IMG/VR virus record: IMGVR_UViG_2778261594_000006
Coordinates: 1-38,639 of that record
Reading direction: 5' to 3' (one strand)
DNA: 38,639 bases
Origin: a virus
Taxonomy: Duplodnaviria > Heunggongvirae > Uroviricota > Caudoviricetes
Of this stretch, positions 17,141 to 27,315 are shown piece after piece. Each line of letters begins with the position of its first letter. The first letter of the stretch is position 1. Under the pieces are notes generated by a model. It saw only the letters and a program-made list of their open reading frames with translations. It was not told the DNA's origin and made no database searches. Both the position numbers and the translations under genes were made by a program.

Positions 17141-17600
17141 TCAACGTAAGGCGTTCCTCGATATGCTGGCGTGGTCAGAGGGAACTGATAACGGACGTCA
17201 GAAAACCAGAAATCATGGTTATGACGTCATTGTTGGCGGAGGGCTATTCACTGATTACTCCGATCACCCTCGCAAACTTGTCACGCTAAACCCCAAACTC
17301 AAATCAACAGCCGCCGGACGTTACCAGCTTCTTTCCCGTTGGTGGGATGCCTATCGTAAGCAGCTTGGCCTGAAAGACTTCTCTCCGAAAAGCCAGGACG
17401 CCGTTGCGCTGCAGCAGATTAAGGAGCGTGGCGCTTTACCGATGATTGATCGCGGTGATATTCGTCAGGCTATCGACCGTTGCAGCAATATCTGGGCTTC
17501 ACTGCCGGGCGCTGGTTATGGTCAGTTCGAGCATAAGGCTGACAGCCTGATTGCAAAATTCAAAGAAGCAGGCGGAATGGTCAGAGAGATTGAGGTATGA
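17124..17600 (+). CDS. R: Endolysin, lambda R-type lytic transglycosylase
   Basis: 158-aa [38 protein letters not shown]..., near-identical to lambda R as recalled. Confidence 0.95.
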   Translation: MVEINNQRKAFLDMLAWSEGTDNGRQKTRNHGYDVIVGGGLFTDYSDHPRKLVTLNPKLKSTAAGRYQLLSRWWDAYRKQLGLKDFSPKSQDAVALQQIKERGALPMIDRGDIRQAIDRCSNIWASLPGAGYGQFEHKADSLIAKFKEAGGMVREIEV

Positions 17601-18034
17601 GCAGAGTCACCGCGATTATCTCCGCTCTGGTTATCTGCATCATCGTCTGCCTGTCGTGGGCGGTCAATCATTACCGTGATAACGCCATCGCCTATAAAGA
17701 GCAGCGCGATAAGGCCACATCCACAATCGCTGACATGCAGAAGCGTCAACGTGATGTAGCAGAACTTGACGCCAGATACACAAAGGAGCTTGCTGATGCT
17801 AACGCGACTATCGAAAGTCTCCGTGCTGATGTTTCTGCTGGTCGTAAGCGCCTGCAAGTCGCCGCCACCTGTGCAAAGTCAACGACCGGAGCCAGCGGCA
17901 TGGGCAATGGAGAAAGCCCAAGACTTACAGCAGATGCTGAACTCAATTATTACCGTCTCCGAAGTGGAATCGACAGGATAACCGCGCAGGTTAACTACCT
18001 GCAGGAATACATCAGGACGCAATGCCTTCGATGA
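17597..18034 (+). CDS. Rz: Rz i-spanin
   Basis: 145-aa ORF with N-terminal TM and coiled-coil; N-terminal region near-identical to lambda Rz, C-terminal part diverged. Confidence 0.9.
   Translation: MSRVTAIISALVICIIVCLSWAVNHYRDNAIAYKEQRDKATSTIADMQKRQRDVAELDARYTKELADANATIESLRADVSAGRKRLQVAATCAKSTTGASGMGNGESPRLTADAELNYYRLRSGIDRITAQVNYLQEYIRTQCLR
17796..17981 (+). CDS. Rz1: Rz1 o-spanin (outer-membrane lipoprotein) embedded in the +1 frame of Rz
   Basis: ATG at 17796 with AAAGGAG RBS; signal peptide [20 protein letters not shown] with lipobox Cys; Pro-rich mature part. Confidence 0.7.
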   Translation: MLTRLSKVSVLMFLLVVSACKSPPPVQSQRPEPAAWAMEKAQDLQQMLNSIITVSEVESTG

Positions 18035-18210
18035 TAGCGATAATTTTACTCATCATCCTTCACATCTGGCTCTGTCGGCAGGGTGGTGATCACTTCTGGA
18101 GTGAATCCAGATTAAACATCTCATTGCTGATGCTTGAAGTTAAGCATATGGCGCGCGGTAAGGGGCTGCGTGGAGATAAGAGCCAGATCATTACAAATAC
18201 CAGGATTTAG
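18022..18210 (+). CDS. Questionable small ORF (62 aa) after Rz
   Basis: Track ORF only; weak RBS; ends at the terminator hairpin. Confidence 0.2.
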   Translation: MPSMIAIILLIILHIWLCRQGGDHFWSESRLNISLLMLEVKHMARGKGLRGDKSQIITNTRI

Positions 18211-18234
18211 CCTCGCATTCGCGGGGCTTTTTTA
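18210..18234 (+). terminator. Rho-independent terminator after the lysis cassette
   Basis: GCCUCGC-AUUC-GCGGGGC followed by TTTTTTA. Confidence 0.7.
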
Positions 18235-18377
18235 TATCTGAATTTCACAGCGCATCTCACGCGCATATTAACGAGAGCCTTTCAGTAAGCGAGCCTGAGA
18301 AATGCCGTTATAGGTGGCGACCTCTCTCGGGCGGCTTTTCTGTGAGACAGGTTCACTTTCTAAAAGGTAAAGACGCT

Positions 18378-18896
18378 ATGAATCATCAATTGGCTAATCT
18401 CGATTTCCGGGACATGGTGGTTGTTTCTGGTGATCGCGTGATCACAACCTCCCGCAAGGTAGCAGCTTACTTCGACAAGCAGCATCACCACATCATTCAG
18501 AAAATCGAAAAGCTAGACTGTTCGGATGAATTTCTAACCAGCAACTTTTCGCGGGTTACCTATGAACACAAGGGTAATCAGTATGTTGAATATGAAATTT
18601 CCAAAGACGGTGCGATGTACATCATCATGTCGTTTACCGGCAAAAAAGCTGCCGCCATCAAAGAGGCGTTTATCAAAGCATTTAATTGGATGCGTGACAG
18701 GCTGATGGAGATGGCTCACTCATACCAAAGAGAGCACAACGAGTTAATGCTGGAGGTCATGAAGGAAAAGGATGTTGCCAGTATGTCAGGACGCTTGCTG
18801 AACCGCTGGGGCAGGATCAAAAAACCGCAACTCATAGCAAGAATCGAAAGGCTTGAGCAGCAGGCGCAAATATCGATCCCCGGACTGCCAAAGTGA
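18378..18896 (+). CDS. rha: Rha-family phage regulatory protein
   Basis: ATG at 18378 with AAGG RBS; Rha-type N-terminal region (VVVSGDRVITTSRKVAAYFDKQHHHIIQKIEKL). Confidence 0.8.
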   Translation: MNHQLANLDFRDMVVVSGDRVITTSRKVAAYFDKQHHHIIQKIEKLDCSDEFLTSNFSRVTYEHKGNQYVEYEISKDGAMYIIMSFTGKKAAAIKEAFIKAFNWMRDRLMEMAHSYQREHNELMLEVMKEKDVASMSGRLLNRWGRIKKPQLIARIERLEQQAQISIPGLPK

Positions 18897-19354
18897 CCAT
18901 TCCAAAGCCCATCTACGGGTGGGCTTGATAATGAAACCGTGATTTACATCCCCACAATCCGGGTATGTAAAAGATAGTTCAGGCGAGAACAGATTTAACT
19001 AAATCTGTGCACCACCAGTTACGGCAGTACAGCGAAACAACCCAAGCCAGTAAGCGGGGAAATAACACTGGCAGCCACTGAAAGATGAACCTCCTGCCTT
19101 ATGGCAAAAAAGATTCTTTGTGGTGGCGGACTGATGGAAAGACATCCTAATTTCAGCCAAACATTGAAGGAGTTGTTATGTCAGCAGAAGGTTTCAATAA
19201 CCCATCAAAATTCCGGGATGAGTGGGATAGCAGCGTAAAGAGTAAGTGATGCCATCACAAAAGCCATTCCCTACAGAGTGGCTTTGATAATGGCTTATAC
19301 CCTACACGGGATAACTTAACTGATATCCCTTTTAACGGATAAACGGAGCCAACA

Positions 19355-19597
19355 ATGGCAGAGATTATTCCCATGACTGAAGAACAGAAATTCCAGTTAG
19401 AGATTTACAAACTGGTCATGAACCAGAACGCAGCCGCAGAAGAAGCATTTCAATTCATTGGCACTGACGAGCTGAAGCTTGAGCTATTCAAAATTCACTT
19501 CCAGTCAGGCGGCGCTAATTCGGATATCACGACCCGCACGATCGAAGCGGTGCGTAAATCGAAGGAAGCGTTAGACCTGTTCACCACCGGAGCATAA
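19355..19597 (+). CDS. Hypothetical small protein upstream of terminase
   Basis: 80-aa ORF directly preceding terS in the same orientation. Confidence 0.5.
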   Translation: MAEIIPMTEEQKFQLEIYKLVMNQNAAAEEAFQFIGTDELKLELFKIHFQSGGANSDITTRTIEAVRKSKEALDLFTTGA

Positions 19598-19599
19598 AC

Positions 19600-20040
19600 A
19601 TGGCGCGCCCAACAAAGTATCAAGAGGCGTATGCCGAACAGGCACGCAAACTGTGCTTGCTGGGCTACACCGATGCAGAACTTGCTGATTTCTTTGAAGT
19701 CAGTGAGTCAACTATTAACAAGTGGAAGCTTGATTATCCTAAGTTTTCGGAGTCCATAAAAAAGGGTAAGGCCGTCGCTGATGCAGAAGTTAGTGACCGT
19801 CTTTATCAACGCGCTATGGGCTTCGTGGCTCCAGACATCGATATTCGTGTTATTGAAAACAGAATTGTCGAAACTCCGCTTGAGAAGTATTACCCGCCTG
19901 ATACAACCGCTGCCATCTTCTGGCTTAAGAATCGACAGAAGGATAAATGGCGCGACAAGGTTGATCACGAGCTAACAGGCAAAGACGGCGGCGCAATCCA
20001 GATTGAAACATCACCGATGAGCACTCTATTCGGAAAATGA
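19600..20040 (+). CDS. Terminase small subunit (Sf6 gp1-like)
   Basis: 146-aa ORF; C-terminus ELTGKDGGAIQIETSPMSTLFGK matches the Sf6 TerS C-terminus as recalled; ATGA-coupled to terL. Confidence 0.8.
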   Translation: MARPTKYQEAYAEQARKLCLLGYTDAELADFFEVSESTINKWKLDYPKFSESIKKGKAVADAEVSDRLYQRAMGFVAPDIDIRVIENRIVETPLEKYYPPDTTAAIFWLKNRQKDKWRDKVDHELTGKDGGAIQIETSPMSTLFGK

Positions 20041-21452
20041 CCTCGATTAATCCTATCTTTGAACCGTTCATTGAGGCGCATCGCTACAAAGTCGCCAAAG
20101 GCGGTCGAGGTAGCGGTAAATCATGGGCAATTGCGAGGCTGCTTGTTGAAGCGGCGCGTCGGCAGCCTGTGCGTATTCTCTGCGCTCGTGAACTGCAAAA
20201 CAGTATCAGCGATTCGGTAATCCGGTTGCTTGAAGACACCATCGAGCGGGAAGGGTATTCGGCTGAGTTTGAAATTCAGCGTTCAATGATTCGTCATCTC
20301 GGAACGAATGCTGAATTCATGTTCTACGGAATCAAAAACAACCCGACGAAGATTAAATCGCTCGAAGGTATTGATATCTGCTGGGTGGAAGAAGCGGAAG
20401 CGGTAACGAAGGAATCATGGGATATCCTGATACCAACCATCCGCAAGCCGTTTTCCGAAATATGGGTGAGCTTTAACCCGAAGAACATCCTTGACGATAC
20501 CTATCAGCGATTCGTCGTAAATCCTCCAGATGATATTTGCCTGCTGACGGTGAACTACACCGACAACCCGCACTTTCCTGAAGTTCTCCGTCTGGAGATG
20601 GAAGAGTGTAAACGCAGAAACCCGACACTGTATCGTCACATCTGGCTTGGTGAGCCAGTAAGCGCAAGTGATATGGCAATCATCAAACGTGAATGGCTTG
20701 AAGCCGCAACCGATGCGCACAAGAAACTCGGATGGAAAGCGAAAGGCGCTGTTGTCTCTGCGCATGACCCGTCAGATACAGGGCCGGATGCTAAAGGTTA
20801 TGCATCGCGTCACGGTTCGGTAGTTAAGCGCATTGCCGAAGGTCTGCTGATGGATATCAACGAGGGTGCTGACTGGGCTACTTCGCTGGCAATTGAAGAC
20901 GGCGCTGACCATTACCTGTGGGATGGTGATGGTGTTGGTGCGGGGCTACGCAGACAGACAACGGAAGCGTTCTCCGGCAAGAAAATCACCGCCACGATGT
21001 TCAAGGGCAGCGAATCGCCATTCAATGAAGATGCACCGTATCAAGCCGGAGCATGGGCTGATGAAGTCGTACAGGGTGACAACGTTCGCACTATTGGCGA
21101 TGTATTCCGCAATAAGCGAGCGCAATTCTATTACGCGCTGGCTGACAGGCTGTATCTGACATATCGGGCGGTTGTTCACGGTGAGTATGCAGACCCCGAC
21201 GACATGCTGAGTTTCGACAAAGAAGCGATAGGCGAGAAGATGCTGGAGAAGCTGTTTGCAGAACTGACGCAGATTCAGCGCAAATTCAATAACAACGGGA
21301 AGCTGGAGCTTATGACTAAGGTCGAAATGAAGCAGAAGCTCGGTATTCCATCTCCTAACCTGGCTGATGCGCTGATGATGTGTATGCATTGCCCGGAGTC
21401 GGCTGCGCAACCCGACTATTCCAGTTACTCAATTCCTTGTGGTGTAGGTTGA
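20037..21452 (+). CDS. Terminase large subunit
   Basis: 471-aa ORF with Walker A GGRGSGKS and nuclease-domain acidic residues. Confidence 0.9.
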   Translation: MTSINPIFEPFIEAHRYKVAKGGRGSGKSWAIARLLVEAARRQPVRILCARELQNSISDSVIRLLEDTIEREGYSAEFEIQRSMIRHLGTNAEFMFYGIKNNPTKIKSLEGIDICWVEEAEAVTKESWDILIPTIRKPFSEIWVSFNPKNILDDTYQRFVVNPPDDICLLTVNYTDNPHFPEVLRLEMEECKRRNPTLYRHIWLGEPVSASDMAIIKREWLEAATDAHKKLGWKAKGAVVSAHDPSDTGPDAKGYASRHGSVVKRIAEGLLMDINEGADWATSLAIEDGADHYLWDGDGVGAGLRRQTTEAFSGKKITATMFKGSESPFNEDAPYQAGAWADEVVQGDNVRTIGDVFRNKRAQFYYALADRLYLTYRAVVHGEYADPDDMLSFDKEAIGEKMLEKLFAELTQIQRKFNNNGKLELMTKVEMKQKLGIPSPNLADALMMCMHCPESAAQPDYSSYSIPCGVG

Positions 21453-21453
21453 T

Positions 21454-23652
21454 ATGGCAGAAAAAAAGATGACTGACTGGCATCGCAAGGTGCTGTGCAA
21501 CTTTGATAATGCCTGGTCAGCAACGCAGGATATGCGTGAGCAGATTATTGAGGCTCAACGTTTCGTCCGGGTGTCCGGCGCACAGTGGGAAGGCAGCACA
21601 AACGCTGGTTACTCATTTGATGAAGGCAGGTTTGAGCATTACCCGCGCTTTGAACTGAATAAGATTGCCCGTGAATGTGATCGCATCATTGGCGAGTATC
21701 GGCAGAATCGCATCAGCGTTAAATTCAGGCCGAAGGACGATAAGGCATCGGAAGCGTTAGCCGAAAAGATGAACGGCAAATTCCGCGCTGACTATCAGGA
21801 AACATCCGGTGGCGAAGCGTGTGATAACGCATTTGATGATGCTGTAACGGGCGGATTCGGTTGTTTCCGCATGTGTGCCGATTACGAAGATGAAATGGAC
21901 CCAAGTAACGAGCAGCGACGCATCAGCCTTCTTCCTGTTTACGACCCGGCTACATGCGTCTTCTTCGATCAGGACAGCAAGCAATATGACCGCTCTGATG
22001 CTATGTGGGCTATGGAAATGTTCTCCATGACGCCCAAAGCATTCGAGGCTGAATACCCTGATTCCATCGCGGCAAGCCTTTCTCGTGATGACACTGGCAC
22101 TCAATATGACTGGTCAACGCCTGATGCCATCTATGTTGGACGCTACTACGAAGTTCGCATAGAGAAGGTGAAGCTCACAGCATGGCGTAACCCTGTTAGC
22201 GGAGAAACGGCAATCTATGATGAAGAGCAAATCAAAGATATTGTTGACGAGCTGACCGATGGCGCATTCGAACTGATTGGCGAGCGGACAGTGAAGAAAC
22301 GCCGCGTTTATTGCGGCCTTCTGTCTGGCGCTGAATGGCTGGAAGAACCGAAGCGTATTCCGGGCGAACATATTCCTCTCATCCCGGTATATGGGCGTCG
22401 CTCATTTGTTGATAATCAGGAGCGAATCGAAGGCCACGCTGCAAAAGCGATGGATGCACAGCGTCTTGAGAACCTGATGGTTTCCATGATTGCAGATAAC
22501 GCTACTCAGGCTGGCGGTGATGGCATTCCTATCGTGGATGTTGATTTCATTCCCGGTCCATTAATGAATCACTGGGCAGAGAGGAATAAGAAAAGACCAG
22601 CAGTTCTTCCCATGACCAGCAAGAAGGACAAAAACGGAACGGTCATTTCAGAGGCTCAGGTTGCTGGCTGGACGCCTCCGACACAAATGCCGCCAGCTCT
22701 TGCCGGGCTATTGCAGTACACCGGAACGGCTATTCAGCAAATTACAGGTGCGTCGCAGCTTGAGAACATGCCGAGCAACGTCGCCACCGATACCGTTGAT
22801 AGCATTTTTAACCGGATGGATACGCAGTCCTATATCTACATGGACAACATGGCTAAATCCATGCGTCGCGCTGGCGTCGTGTGGCTTTCTATGGCACGTG
22901 AGGTCTATGGCAGTGATACGCCGATGCGTATCGTTAATGAGGACGGCAGCGATGACGTGGCGCTGATGACTGGTGAAGTGGTTGACCGTCAGACAGGGCA
23001 GGTTATCGCGCTTAATGACCTTTCGCAGGGCAACTATGAAGTGACTGTCGATGTCGGTCAGTCGTTCGCTACTCGCCGTGATGCAACGGTTAAGTCGTTA
23101 CTTTCCATGCTGGCACTTATCCCACCAGGAACGCCGAAGCACGACCTTGTATCGTCGATGATTCTCGACAATATGGACGGAGAAGGGATGGACGATCTGA
23201 AAGAATACAACCGCAATCAGTTGCTTCTGTCTGGCGTTATCAAGCCGAGAACGCCTGAAGAACAGCAGATGGTTGAACAGGCGAAACAACAACAGGCCAG
23301 TCAGCCAGATCCGGCTATGGTTGCAGCGCAAGGTCAGCTTCTTGCTGGTCAGGCTGAATTGCAGAAAGCGCAGAACGAACAGGCAGCCATTCAGGTTAAA
23401 GCATTCCAGGCACAGACTGATGCTCAGGTTGCAGCGGCAAACGTTGTGAAAATCCTCGCATCTGCCGATAGCCAGCAGAAATCTGATATCCGCGAGGCTC
23501 TGAAACTGCTCGGACAGTTCCAGCAACAGCAAGGAGACAATGCCCGTGCTGATGCAGAGCTTGTCCTGAAAAGTCAGGCACAGGGCCATGCGCAGCGCAT
23601 GGACATCAGCAGCATCCTGCAAAAATCAACCCGGCAACAACCACAGCAGTAA
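21454..23652 (+). CDS. Portal protein (P22 gp1-type, Gln-rich C-terminal helix)
   Basis: 732-aa ORF after the terminase; long C-terminal Q/A-rich helical tail typical of P22-like portals. Confidence 0.9.
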   Translation: MAEKKMTDWHRKVLCNFDNAWSATQDMREQIIEAQRFVRVSGAQWEGSTNAGYSFDEGRFEHYPRFELNKIARECDRIIGEYRQNRISVKFRPKDDKASEALAEKMNGKFRADYQETSGGEACDNAFDDAVTGGFGCFRMCADYEDEMDPSNEQRRISLLPVYDPATCVFFDQDSKQYDRSDAMWAMEMFSMTPKAFEAEYPDSIAASLSRDDTGTQYDWSTPDAIYVGRYYEVRIEKVKLTAWRNPVSGETAIYDEEQIKDIVDELTDGAFELIGERTVKKRRVYCGLLSGAEWLEEPKRIPGEHIPLIPVYGRRSFVDNQERIEGHAAKAMDAQRLENLMVSMIADNATQAGGDGIPIVDVDFIPGPLMNHWAERNKKRPAVLPMTSKKDKNGTVISEAQVAGWTPPTQMPPALAGLLQYTGTAIQQITGASQLENMPSNVATDTVDSIFNRMDTQSYIYMDNMAKSMRRAGVVWLSMAREVYGSDTPMRIVNEDGSDDVALMTGEVVDRQTGQVIALNDLSQGNYEVTVDVGQSFATRRDATVKSLLSMLALIPPGTPKHDLVSSMILDNMDGEGMDDLKEYNRNQLLLSGVIKPRTPEEQQMVEQAKQQQASQPDPAMVAAQGQLLAGQAELQKAQNEQAAIQVKAFQAQTDAQVAAANVVKILASADSQQKSDIREALKLLGQFQQQQGDNARADAELVLKSQAQGHAQRMDISSILQKSTRQQPQQ

Positions 23653-23742
23653 TTAACCCATAACGTGCAATGGCTGTCTTTATGAGGCCTGGCACCCTAT
23701 TGCCTTCCGATGGGCTGAACATCGAGTAAACAGGGGTAACAA

Positions 23743-24636
23743 ATGGACCAGATGGCAGAAAACACACCAGAAGTTGAAATCGAAACCGACGCGTCAGAGC
23801 AGATTCCTGATGATGTCGAACTGGCTGAAGAAGTCGAAACAGAAGATGGCAGTGAGTCCTCCGGCAATGATGCAGAGGAAGCTACTGAAACTGATGACGA
23901 CGAATCAGAACAGGAATTCTACTTTGGTGATGAAAAGCTGGATTCGCCAACCAGCGAAGATAGCGCAGAGCATGGACTGGTAAAACACCTGCGCAAGACG
24001 ATTAAAGAGAAAGACCGCGAGCTGAAAGAGCTGATGCGTCAGTCTCAGAAACCCGTCGAGCAGCAGCCGGTAATCACTCAACCACCGCGAATGCCAAAAC
24101 TGGATGATGAGGACATCGGTTTCGATGAAGAAATCTATCAGCAACGCATGGCTAAGTGGGCAGAGGATAACGGCAAGTACCAGCAACAGGAGATGGCTCG
24201 CAAGCAGAAGGAGCAGGAGCTTCAGGCTGCTTATCAAGAGCGATTATCCAAATATCAGCAACGTGTTAAGGCTCTTAAGGTTCCTGGCTATCAGGAAGCA
24301 GAACAGGCCGTACTCGAGGAAATCCCCATCGAGACACAAAACGCGATCCTGTTTGAGTCAGAGAAGCCGGAAATTGTTGTTCTGGCGCTTGGTCGCAACG
24401 CTGAACTGCGCAAGCAACTGGCAGAAGCTACCAACCCCGTAGCAATTGGTCGTCTGCTGGAACGTATCGAATCTAAGGCCAGAATCATGCCAAAAGCAAA
24501 AACCACGGCAGCCACAACCCCGACAGTTAAGGGGAGCAACGGCGCAGTAATCAATAACCTCGACAAACTGAAAGCCAAGGCGCTGGAAACTGGTGACTGG
24601 ACGCCGTATTTCGCCGCTAAAAAGGCAAAAAAATAA
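23743..24636 (+). CDS. Scaffolding protein
   Basis: 297-aa acidic, highly helical ORF between portal and coat genes. Confidence 0.75.
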   Translation: MDQMAENTPEVEIETDASEQIPDDVELAEEVETEDGSESSGNDAEEATETDDDESEQEFYFGDEKLDSPTSEDSAEHGLVKHLRKTIKEKDRELKELMRQSQKPVEQQPVITQPPRMPKLDDEDIGFDEEIYQQRMAKWAEDNGKYQQQEMARKQKEQELQAAYQERLSKYQQRVKALKVPGYQEAEQAVLEEIPIETQNAILFESEKPEIVVLALGRNAELRKQLAEATNPVAIGRLLERIESKARIMPKAKTTAATTPTVKGSNGAVINNLDKLKAKALETGDWTPYFAAKKAKK

Positions 24637-24654
24637 CCTATCGGAGCATTAAGC

Positions 24655-25908
24655 ATGGCTAACCAATTAGCAAAAGACCTTGAAATCATGTTCGAAAACT
24701 ACGTTGAAGGCTTTGAGGCCGCCTGCGTAGTTTCCCGTAACGCTAAAAAATTCCGTCCCGGTGATACAGCAATGCAGCGAGCAGGTGATGTTCTGTATCG
24801 TCCGCAGCATTACCACATGAACATTGAGGAAGGCCTAGACCTCAGCGGCAAAACGCCAACAGCACTGGTTCAGCGCCTTGTTCCTTCTGTGTTCAAGGAG
24901 CCGAAAAACATTCTGTACACTCTGGATGCGCGTGAAATGCGTGACCCGGAACATAAAACTGAAGCTGGTCGCGCCGCAGGTATGCGCCTTGCTGCACAGA
25001 TTGACTCTGACCTGATTTCCATGGTTACGCAGCGTGCTACTAACGTGATCACGATGGCTGACTCAACCACAGGTTCACAGGGCCGTGATTTGTGGAACTG
25101 TGCGGCAGGTATTGATGCCACCATGACGGCGATTGGTGTACCTCAGGGTATCAACCGTCGCTCTTTCTGGAACCCCTTCAACTACAAAGACCTTGCTGGC
25201 GAGCTTGGTCACCGTGCCTATGCTCAGGGCGCAACCCTGACAGCATACGAAAAAGCGCAAATCCCTCCGGTTGCGTCCTTCGATAGCTACAAGACCGATA
25301 TTTCTGGTCGTGTTCCGAAGGGTACAGCAACTTCCATTACGCTGGCAGCAGCACCTGCGCACAAGGTTGAAGCGAAAGATGCTAACGATATGCCAGTGGA
25401 TAACCGGCAGGGGACCATTACGGTATCTGCTGAAGGTTTGCAGGTTGGCGATGCGTTTACCATCGCAGGGGTGAATTCTGTACACCAGATCACCAAAGAT
25501 ACCACCGGGCAGCCGCAGGTATTCCGCGTTCTGGCAGTAAGCGGAACGACAGTAACTATCTCCCCGAAAATTCTGCCGCCTGACAACGCGGATGCCGCCA
25601 GCCGACCATATGCAAACGTTGATGCTAATGCGGCAAGTAGCGCAGCAATCACCATTCTCAACAAAAATGCCGCACCGGCTAACCTGTTCTGGGCTGATGG
25701 TTCTGTTGAACTGATGTACGGCAAACTGGCATTTCCTACTGGTCAGGGGCCACAGGTAATGACAGCAACCACCGAGCAGGGCGCTACGCTGATCATGTCT
25801 TACGCCTTCGACCACATCAAAGGCGTAACCACTGCTCGTTTCACCACTCTGTACGGTTGCTCTGTACTTGTTCCTGAATATACGGGCATCGTTATTGCCG
25901 GGCAGTAA
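24655..25908 (+). CDS. Major capsid (coat) protein, P22 gp5-type
   Basis: 417-aa ORF at the coat position with strong RBS, followed by a canonical terminator. Confidence 0.85.
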   Translation: MANQLAKDLEIMFENYVEGFEAACVVSRNAKKFRPGDTAMQRAGDVLYRPQHYHMNIEEGLDLSGKTPTALVQRLVPSVFKEPKNILYTLDAREMRDPEHKTEAGRAAGMRLAAQIDSDLISMVTQRATNVITMADSTTGSQGRDLWNCAAGIDATMTAIGVPQGINRRSFWNPFNYKDLAGELGHRAYAQGATLTAYEKAQIPPVASFDSYKTDISGRVPKGTATSITLAAAPAHKVEAKDANDMPVDNRQGTITVSAEGLQVGDAFTIAGVNSVHQITKDTTGQPQVFRVLAVSGTTVTISPKILPPDNADAASRPYANVDANAASSAAITILNKNAAPANLFWADGSVELMYGKLAFPTGQGPQVMTATTEQGATLIMSYAFDHIKGVTTARFTTLYGCSVLVPEYTGIVIAGQ

Positions 25909-25914
25909 TTTTGG

Positions 25915-25938
25915 TGGGGCTTCGGCCCCATTTTTATT
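25915..25938 (+). terminator. Rho-independent terminator after the coat gene
   Basis: GGGGC-UUCG-GCCCC followed by TTTTTATT. Confidence 0.8.
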
Positions 25939-25949
25939 GGGAGAAGACA

Positions 25950-26138
25950 ATGGCACGAACAATGCTCTATAAGCCTGGCAACATGATCACCTGTGGTCAG
26001 TTTGCTGTCGATTACGTCATTGTTGATGACGAAGAAGTTAAATCTCACCTGAAAAAAGGCTGGGTAAAAACTCCTGAAGAAACCGCAACGAAGCAAAAAG
26101 TGGCTAAGGCGGAAGAAGATGGCGAAAACGAAGGGTGA
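25950..26138 (+). CDS. Small hypothetical protein (62 aa) between coat and gp4-like genes
   Basis: ATG at 25950 after a GGGAGAAG RBS; the TTG-initiated upstream part of the track ORF overlaps the terminator and is rejected. Confidence 0.4.
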   Translation: MARTMLYKPGNMITCGQFAVDYVIVDDEEVKSHLKKGWVKTPEETATKQKVAKAEEDGENEG

Positions 26139-26580
26139 TCTCGTTCTTAAGGCTTTACGAAAAGCCGGGCTGTATTCCAATGCCACGTTGACAGATGCCG
26201 ACCCTCAGGCAATAGAAGATGCCATTAATGACCTCGAAGACATGATGGCAGCATGGCAGGCGAAAGGTATCGAGCTTGGATATCAGTTTGCTGATACAGA
26301 AAACGGCATCATGCCGTTACCTGACGATGATTCAGGTATCCCTGCATGGGCAAATGATGGCATCGCTTTGAAACTCGCTGTGCAAGTGTGCATAGATAAC
26401 GTCATTCAGCCGTCAGATGCTCTCCTTACCGCTGCTGACAGCGCATATCAGACAATCTGCATCGCTTTAACCAAAATACCACCACTTGAGCGGCGAAATG
26501 ACATGCCTCGCGGTAGTGGTAACAAAAGCGCGTTTACGTGGAATCGGTTTTACATCGAGAAAGATGATCCGAGTACGTGA
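26119..26580 (+). CDS. Head-to-tail adaptor / head completion protein (P22 gp4-like)
   Basis: 153-aa ORF MAKTKGDLVLKALRKAGLYSNATLTDADPQAIEDAINDLEDMMAAW... resembling P22 gp4. Confidence 0.8.
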   Translation: MAKTKGDLVLKALRKAGLYSNATLTDADPQAIEDAINDLEDMMAAWQAKGIELGYQFADTENGIMPLPDDDSGIPAWANDGIALKLAVQVCIDNVIQPSDALLTAADSAYQTICIALTKIPPLERRNDMPRGSGNKSAFTWNRFYIEKDDPST

Positions 26581-26589
26581 GGTGAATAA

Positions 26590-26694
26590 ATGCCGATTCA
26601 GCAACTTCCGCTTATGAAAGGTGTCGGCAAAGACTTTAGAAACGCCGACTATATCGACTATCTGCCAGTGAATATGCTGGCAATTTTGATATAA
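26590..26694 (+). pseudogene. Remnant 5' fragment of gene 10 (tail hub gp10 N-terminus, 34 codons) displaced by the homing endonuclease insertion
   Basis: Translation [31 protein letters not shown] + ILI-stop; first 31 residues parallel the N-terminus of the full gp10 ORF at 27263 ([31 protein letters not shown]). Confidence 0.6.
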
Positions 26695-26730
26695 TAAGCA
26701 CATGAAAAATCGAAACTTTAAGGAGTAGAT

Positions 26731-27315
26731 ATGCTTTCTGAGAATGCTAAAGATATACCTGGATTTGAAGGTGTTTATGCCGTAACAGAAGATGGCAGGG
26801 TATATTCTCACTCACGTGTTGTTAAGGCTGCGCATGGCAGCACGCAACTCAGAAAGGGGCGCTGGTTAAAGCCTAAAATCAATCAGGGAAGGGTGCTTTA
26901 TAATATCGGAGCAAAATGGACTTTTGCCCATCGAATCGTTGCAATGACATTCCTGCCAAATCCTGAAAACAAGCCTCAGGTAAATCATATTGATGGCAAT
27001 CCACTCAATAATAACGTCAATAATCTTGAGTGGTGCACTCAAAGCGAAAACATCAAACATGCATACGCCACCGGATTAAAGAAACCAATCAAGTTTTTCG
27101 GAACCAAGCACCCAAAACACAAGTTGAGTGATGACGATGTTCTTGCAATCAAGTCATCAAAAGAAAGCTTGTCAGTAATTGCGGCTAAGTACGGGATATC
27201 TAAGACCTGGGCAAGTAGGCTAAAGCGTGATGCTAACTGGGTTCATATAAAGGTTGATTCCAATGGCAATACAACAACTACCACTAATGAAGGGATTGGG
27301 GAAAAGTGCGGTTAA
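26731..27315 (+). CDS. HNH homing endonuclease (NUMOD4 + HNH_3 type)
   Basis: 194-aa ORF with NUMOD4-like IPGFEGVYAVTEDGRVYS and HNH motif VNHIDGNPLNNNVNNLEWCTQSEN; AAGGAG RBS; AT-rich relative to neighbours. Confidence 0.85.
   Translation: MLSENAKDIPGFEGVYAVTEDGRVYSHSRVVKAAHGSTQLRKGRWLKPKINQGRVLYNIGAKWTFAHRIVAMTFLPNPENKPQVNHIDGNPLNNNVNNLEWCTQSENIKHAYATGLKKPIKFFGTKHPKHKLSDDDVLAIKSSKESLSVIAAKYGISKTWASRLKRDANWVHIKVDSNGNTTTTTNEGIGEKCG

Noticed and set aside
25911-25949. TTG-initiated N-terminal extension of the small ORF after the coat gene
   Set aside because: It overlaps the GGGGC-UUCG-GCCCC terminator hairpin; a proper ATG with RBS lies at 25950.
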